Origin: Thermoproteota archaeon
GTDB taxonomy: Archaea; Korarchaeota; Korarchaeia; Korarchaeales; Korarchaeaceae
DNA: 41,394 nt
Reading direction: 5' to 3'
Assembly: GCA_027491435.1 (NCBI GenBank)
Contig: JAOZFG010000005.1
Coordinates: forward strand, 1-41,394
The notes below the pieces were generated by a model. The model ran no database searches. It was given only the letters and a program-made list of their open reading frames with translations, and was not told where the DNA came from. The position numbers and the translations under genes are program-made. Shown here in pieces: positions 37,135 through 41,394 of the stretch. Positions within the stretch are counted from its first letter, which is position 1; each line of letters starts with the position of its first letter.

Positions 37135-37818
37135 TTATCCTGTAAAGGTCCAGGATTCACTGCCTAACCTGTGGATTGCCTTGTAAAAGCTGTACCTCAT
37201 CCCGGGGTTTTCCTTCTCGAGCTCCCAGGCTTTAAGCAGGAAAGTGTCCACAGAGTACTCAGGAACTAGCTCCTTCTCGTAGTTTTTCACAGATAGGTGT
37301 AGGGAGAGTATCTCATCCATGGGTATCTCTGAGAAGGGGGCTACCGCCTTAGTTTCTTTCAAGCTGAGGTAGAGCCTCCCGTTTAACACCAGAATTGAGG
37401 GTCCCAGAAATATGGACCTTAGGTACAGGGCAACCACGTCATCTAAGAGGAGAGGTATCACCGCCTTCTCATACCTGAAGCTCCTTAACGCCTTGATCAG
37501 CCTATCCCACCTGTTCTCGGGACACTTTATCGACTCAGACAGGTTTAGGGGCCCTTCACATCCTTCGAACCTTACCTCCACGTCGAAGTTAGACTCTATC
37601 TCCAGAAACATGTCAGCTAACGTTGACTCGTAGGGCCAGCCCAGGCTAAGGTAGGTTAGACTGTCCACCCTCTCCAGTAACCTGTACTTGCTGATGGTCC
37701 TCCTTATCTTAGTCATCAAAGATTTCCTTAAGCAATCAGCGCAGAGGGCCTCCCCGGAATACTTCCTTATGACTAGGGCCTCCCTACCACATCTGCTACA
37801 TTTATAGCTCTGACTCAT
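37135..37818 (-). CDS. Degenerate TtuA/NcsA/Ctu1-like protein lacking PP-loop and catalytic cysteines
   Basis: KCSRC...YSG..LCADC Zn finger, KIRRTISKY, LDD, P..EIP..EI, LE..NPG; no SGGKDS; start 37818 or 37827. Confidence 0.7.
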   Translation of the reverse strand: MSQSYKCSRCGREALVIRKYSGEALCADCLRKSLMTKIRRTISKYRLLERVDSLTYLSLGWPYESTLADMFLEIESNFDVEVRFEGCEGPLNLSESIKCPENRWDRLIKALRSFRYEKAVIPLLLDDVVALYLRSIFLGPSILVLNGRLYLSLKETKAVAPFSEIPMDEILSLHLSVKNYEKELVPEYSVDTFLLKAWELEKENPGMRYSFYKAIHRLGSESWTFTG

Positions 37819-37829
37819 CACAAGCATGG

Positions 37830-38543
37830 ATGGATCACCAATTGATAGGCATTTCCCCCGAGAGGGAGGTTATCTACAACAAAGAGAGGTGGAGAATACT
37901 CTCAGTTAAGAGGGACAGAGCTAGGGCATTACTGGAGCATTTGGCCTCCCACGGGATAATAGGCTTCATTTACGGTAGCGTGGCCAGGGGAGACGTTAGG
38001 GAAAAGAGCGACGTAGACGTTATTGTACTAAACCCTCCAACCCCCCTATCTCTGATAGATGAGGTGCTATCGCGATTCGAGCAACCTGTGAGGAGAGAGA
38101 TAGTACAGGCCACTCCCAGGAGCACGCCCAAGTATTACCTTCACCTCAGTCAAGAGACAGTAGTGTCCCTGCCAGTGGGCAGGCTCGGCGAAAGGGAATC
38201 TGACTTTTACAGGTTCGGAGGTATGCTTGACCTAGAAGGTGTGTTGGAAGGTAAGAGGGTCCCAGGAGTCAACAAAGAGCTCAGGCTAATTTACCCTACT
38301 GAAAGAGGTCATCTCGAGTACTCGGTGCCCGGGAACGAGGAGCTAGTGGCCAAGGTGCTTAAGGTGGCTAAGGGAATAGTTGAGGAGAGGGTGAGGGTTC
38401 TCACCAAGAGGAGGATTGTTGGCACAACTGGCCTTTACGTGGACTACGTGCTTCAGATCGACGAGTGCGTAGAGGACGCCATAAGGAGGATAGCCTACAT
38501 GAAAAAGGGGTTCAGGGAAAAAGTCAAGGAGCTTATAAGCTAG
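37830..38543 (+). CDS. Predicted nucleotidyltransferase (PolBeta superfamily, conserved archaeal family)
   Basis: YGSVARGDV..KSDVD, QATP, FYRFGG, RVPGVNK, ERVRVL. Confidence 0.85.
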   Translation: MDHQLIGISPEREVIYNKERWRILSVKRDRARALLEHLASHGIIGFIYGSVARGDVREKSDVDVIVLNPPTPLSLIDEVLSRFEQPVRREIVQATPRSTPKYYLHLSQETVVSLPVGRLGERESDFYRFGGMLDLEGVLEGKRVPGVNKELRLIYPTERGHLEYSVPGNEELVAKVLKVAKGIVEERVRVLTKRRIVGTTGLYVDYVLQIDECVEDAIRRIAYMKKGFREKVKELIS

Positions 38544-39625
38544 AGCTCCAAGCTGTACCTCAGTATTGCAGCTATTCCCCCTATGGACTCGAGCTTCTCC
38601 CCGGGCTCGCTCCTCGAATCCACTATGTGAAATTCAGACCTGGTTTTCTCAGCCATCTCAAGTATGGAGAGGATCCTATCCCTGGTCTCCTGATTGAAAA
38701 GCAAGGAACTGCAGACAAGCACCTTCTCAGCGGCTCCCATGTTGACCGCCTGCTCGACCTCGTTAAGCCCGTAGGTGACCAGCTTGGAACCCTTAGCTAA
38801 CAGCTCGAAGACCTCATCTACCAGCTTCATGTGTTTAGTCAGGTCCAGGTCCTTGACAGCCTTGTCAACCTCTCCCCTTTTGACCAGCTCAACAACGCCG
38901 CTCATGGTGGCGTTTGAGGTTGTGGTCACCCTAATGCTCTTGGTGAGTTCTGAGTGCCTCTCCTGGACGTACTTGTAGAACTTGTCTTTCATGAAGCCAG
39001 GCCCCCCCACTATGACCACTTGAGCCCCAGACCTTCCCTTCAGGTCCTCTAGCGTCTTTGCTAGGTCGGAGAAGTACCTCCTCTCCTCACCCTCCCTGTC
39101 ACTCCTCTCCGCCCTCTTTGATGAGAGGCCTGACCTTATGTACATGACCTCGGAGAGGTTGTAATTGTCCAGCTCAGCGACGGTTGCGCCCTCGTCGTCC
39201 ATGGAGACCAGTATCGCCTTGGCCTTTGTTGAGGACTCCACAGCCCTCCTTATTATCTCAAGGTGGGACCTCCTCCAGTTCTTCTTCCAGATCTTGACGG
39301 TGGAGCCTACGTCCACGTTAAGGGTGTGGTGTTGTCCCTGTATGCCGAACTTCTCAGGCCCTATCCTAACCACCCCGGTCAACCTCAGCCTAGAGGAGTA
39401 CTCGTCCAGCTTGACCTTCTCGACTTCGACTGTCAGAGTCATGGGCAGCCTTTCTCCGCTGTCAGCTCTGCCCCCTTCCCTCTTCACCCTCCTGGTGGTC
39501 CTCATGGTTACCCAGTCTCCAGGCTCGATTATAGAGAGGAGCCAGTAGAGGTCCTCCAGCCTCTCAACTTTTAGGGCTATGAACCCCTTCTTGACGTCTT
39601 CCTCAATTACCCTCGTGGGGTTCAC
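38540..39625 (-). CDS. pelA: Pelota/Dom34 ribosome-rescue factor
   Basis: EDLYWL, RLRLTG, GQHHTL, GGPGFMK, YGLNEV, GGIAAILRY. Confidence 0.95.
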   Translation of the reverse strand: MNPTRVIEEDVKKGFIALKVERLEDLYWLLSIIEPGDWVTMRTTRRVKREGGRADSGERLPMTLTVEVEKVKLDEYSSRLRLTGVVRIGPEKFGIQGQHHTLNVDVGSTVKIWKKNWRRSHLEIIRRAVESSTKAKAILVSMDDEGATVAELDNYNLSEVMYIRSGLSSKRAERSDREGEERRYFSDLAKTLEDLKGRSGAQVVIVGGPGFMKDKFYKYVQERHSELTKSIRVTTTSNATMSGVVELVKRGEVDKAVKDLDLTKHMKLVDEVFELLAKGSKLVTYGLNEVEQAVNMGAAEKVLVCSSLLFNQETRDRILSILEMAEKTRSEFHIVDSRSEPGEKLESIGGIAAILRYSLEL

Positions 39626-40803
39626 CCCACAGTCAGGACTGTAAGGCCTACAGGCTTCTTGACCACCTCGTGTTCCTTATTCGCTATTATCACCTTGACG
39701 CCTATCTCGTAAGCCTTCTCAACTATCCTCTGGGTGACTATCTTATCATAGACTATGTACCTCACCTGACCCTTCAGCTTGTCCAACACGTCGTAAAGTT
39801 CCCTAGTAGGCACCTCCTTAACGAGCTTTAGGTTCTCGTCCAACAGAAGGACTTTATCAGTGCCCGCCACTTTGAGGTAGAGTTCCCTCATCTGCTCTGG
39901 TATCCTATCCAAGTTCCTGGGGACCTTCACCTCCGGAAGGACCTGAATCCTCTCCTCCTGGTGCTTCTTGGGCGAATAGGAGATTCCCATGGATTTCCTA
40001 ACTTCATCGGCTGGTACGGCTGAGGATAGGGCCTTCCTTATCTCCTTGGCAGTGAGCTCCTCCACTACCTTGCCCTCTGGGGCCCTAGCAACGTAGTCTA
40101 TGTCGGTCTGCTCCAACAAGGTTCTAAGCACCAGCTCTCCTCCCCTATCGCCATCCACGAAGGCCGTTGCGTCTTTCATGGAAATTAGCTTGACCAACGT
40201 CTTCGGAACTTTTTCCACGGCCCCTCCCATGGCTATGACGTTGTTGTAACCGTACTTGAGGAGATTTAAGACGTCAGCCCTTCCTTCAACAACTATTATC
40301 TCGTCAGCCTCCTCAACGCCGCTACCAGCTGGAAGTCCCTCCTCTCCATAGAGAACTAGGTTCATCTTGGCGCTCTCCCTCTGGACGAACTCTAGCAACT
40401 TCCTGTAGGTGTCCTCCTTCTCTGCAGACCACTTCCTTAGAATCTCAACGGCCCTTCTAGCTATAGCGTTCCTCCTCTCGTCCCTATCGTCAAGTATCCT
40501 TATCAGCCTGAAGGTGGCCGTGTAAGGACCTACCCTGTCTACAGTTTCCATAGCTGCCGCCAGCAAAGCGGTCCTCACCTTGTCAAGCCCTGAGTAGAGC
40601 TCTACAACCCCTCTAGACCTTTCGGACTCCCTCTTTAGCCTTATGTTAATCCTTCCAATCTTTCCAGTGCGCTGCAGCTCTTTGAGCTCAAGTTCAGGTC
40701 CTAGTAGACCCTCAAGCTGGCCGAAAATAGCTCCTATCACGTCGCTAGGTTCCACAACTCCGTTAACGATTACCTCGAATCTAGCTATATACTTGTGGCT
40801 CAT
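39622..40803 (-). CDS. dnaG: Archaeal DnaG (TOPRIM; exosome-associated)
   Basis: DVIGAIFGQ.EGLLG, VVEGRADV, FVDGDRGG, ARAP; start ATG 40803 or 40827. Confidence 0.95.
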   Translation of the reverse strand: MSHKYIARFEVIVNGVVEPSDVIGAIFGQLEGLLGPELELKELQRTGKIGRINIRLKRESERSRGVVELYSGLDKVRTALLAAAMETVDRVGPYTATFRLIRILDDRDERRNAIARRAVEILRKWSAEKEDTYRKLLEFVQRESAKMNLVLYGEEGLPAGSGVEEADEIIVVEGRADVLNLLKYGYNNVIAMGGAVEKVPKTLVKLISMKDATAFVDGDRGGELVLRTLLEQTDIDYVARAPEGKVVEELTAKEIRKALSSAVPADEVRKSMGISYSPKKHQEERIQVLPEVKVPRNLDRIPEQMRELYLKVAGTDKVLLLDENLKLVKEVPTRELYDVLDKLKGQVRYIVYDKIVTQRIVEKAYEIGVKVIIANKEHEVVKKPVGLTVLTVG

Positions 40804-40849
40804 CCCATCTTTTCTAGAGTAATCCATACGTTAATCATCCTCCCGGTTG

Positions 40850-40937
40850 AATTGTGCGCCCGCTAACTAATCCCCGCGGGTCATAGGTCAGCCCACGCTT
40901 TCCTCCCTACCCGCGAGGTCATGCAGTAGCGGGCGCT
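40850..40937 (-). ncRNA. Probable single-hairpin H/ACA guide sRNA with K-turn
   Basis: Lower stem GCGCCCGCUA/UAGCGGGCGC, internal loop CUGCAUGA / AUUAGU, upper stem CCUCGCGGGU/ACCCGCGGGG, K-turn-like UAGG-GAG-GA...UGA-CCUA, ACA directly 3' of the stem, TATA about 25 nt upstream. Confidence 0.7.
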
Positions 40938-40956
40938 GGGATACGACGCATGACGC

Positions 40957-40972
40957 AAATATAAACTTCCTC
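40957..40972 (-). promoter_or_regulatory. BRE/TATA promoter of the candidate sRNA (and possibly dnaG)
   Basis: GAGGAAGTTTATATTT on the minus strand. Confidence 0.6.
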
Positions 40973-41190
40973 TAAGGTTTAGTAGGTAAATAATAGTCAG
41001 TAGGGGTTTTGATGATTTACCTTCACTTCACCTCAACGGTCCTTCTACATTCGTTTGAGGCAGAGGTTGTTGAAGCAGAATGTATGGTCTGTGGACTCAA
41101 CTGCCGTCTGTACTAATTTAAATTCTAGCAATAGCTCCCTTCACCCCCTATAATGCCCCATAGATCGTAGCTGAGACCTCTGATGAAATT

Positions 41191-41228
41191 TTAGTTAGTG
41201 ATAAGTGAGTTTACTCATCACTAATTAA
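41191..41228. repeat. 38-bp imperfect palindrome
   Basis: TTAGTTAGTGATAAGTGAG / TTTACTCATCACTAATTAA; core TTAGTGAT...ATCACTAA is perfect. Confidence 0.7.
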
Positions 41229-41394
41229 GTATTATGTTAATCTCGAGCAATTCCTTTAATCTATCGCCCGGTGCTGCCAACTTGAGCTTGATTAGGCAGA
41301 GAGCCGTTGACGCTGCGGAATTAAAGAGAACCTTAAACAGTTAGAAAGCGGGTCCCTGCCACATAGTTACACCTATTCTCACCCTTGGACCCCT

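Noticed and set aside
14271-38543. Short convergent 3' overlaps (pncB/thrS, ino1/hypothetical, dehydrogenase/thiI, NTase/pelota)
   Set aside because: 4-18 bp overlaps are ordinary in compact archaeal genomes
40856-40936. Plus-strand reading of the hairpin as a guide to the 23S rRNA GCAUGAAUGGAUUA region
   Set aside because: Loop strands are partly complementary to that motif as I recall it, but the plus strand lacks an adjacent ACA, K-turn and promoter, and the register does not expose a U correctly

Overview
Gene-dense chromosomal segment of a probably thermophilic archaeon of the TACK group. This is inferred from rps26e, a crenarchaeal-style NuoD, archaeal ProRS/pelota/DnaG, TATA promoters and GGAGGTGA ribosome-binding sites; a Korarchaeia-like host is possible but cannot be proven from this window. 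The first 2.3 kb is an accessory patch: an intact HEPN-MNT pair, a decayed vapBC pair and a decayed IS6-family element that keeps both terminal inverted repeats. It is followed by an 11-subunit complex I-like operon (nuoABCDHIJKMLN, no EFG), a YkgJ-type Cys protein, tRNA-Asn(GTT), pncB, a bacterial-type thrS, a mevalonate-kinase-like GHMP protein, a second HEPN-MNT pair with a frameshifted HEPN, and ino1. Further on lie a 7-gene Opp/Dpp ABC locus, two regulators, a moaD / sulfite-oxidase-like / saccharopine-dehydrogenase-like unit, thiI, a family B DNA polymerase, rps26e, proS, a degenerate TtuA/NcsA homologue, a nucleotidyltransferase, pelota and dnaG. The most notable signals not shown by the ORF track are: (1) a probable H/ACA guide RNA with a K-turn and its own TATA box just upstream of dnaG; (2) a ~70-nt two-state leader that can sequester the thrS ribosome-binding site; (3) three enzymes with lost catalytic residues (exonuclease-dead PolB, an MVK-like kinase lacking its catalytic Lys/Asp, and a Ctu2-like inactive thiouridylase); (4) a membrane-anchored TrmB-like protein with reversed domain order. 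All calls come from manual motif reading; no database searches were run, so novelty is unverified.
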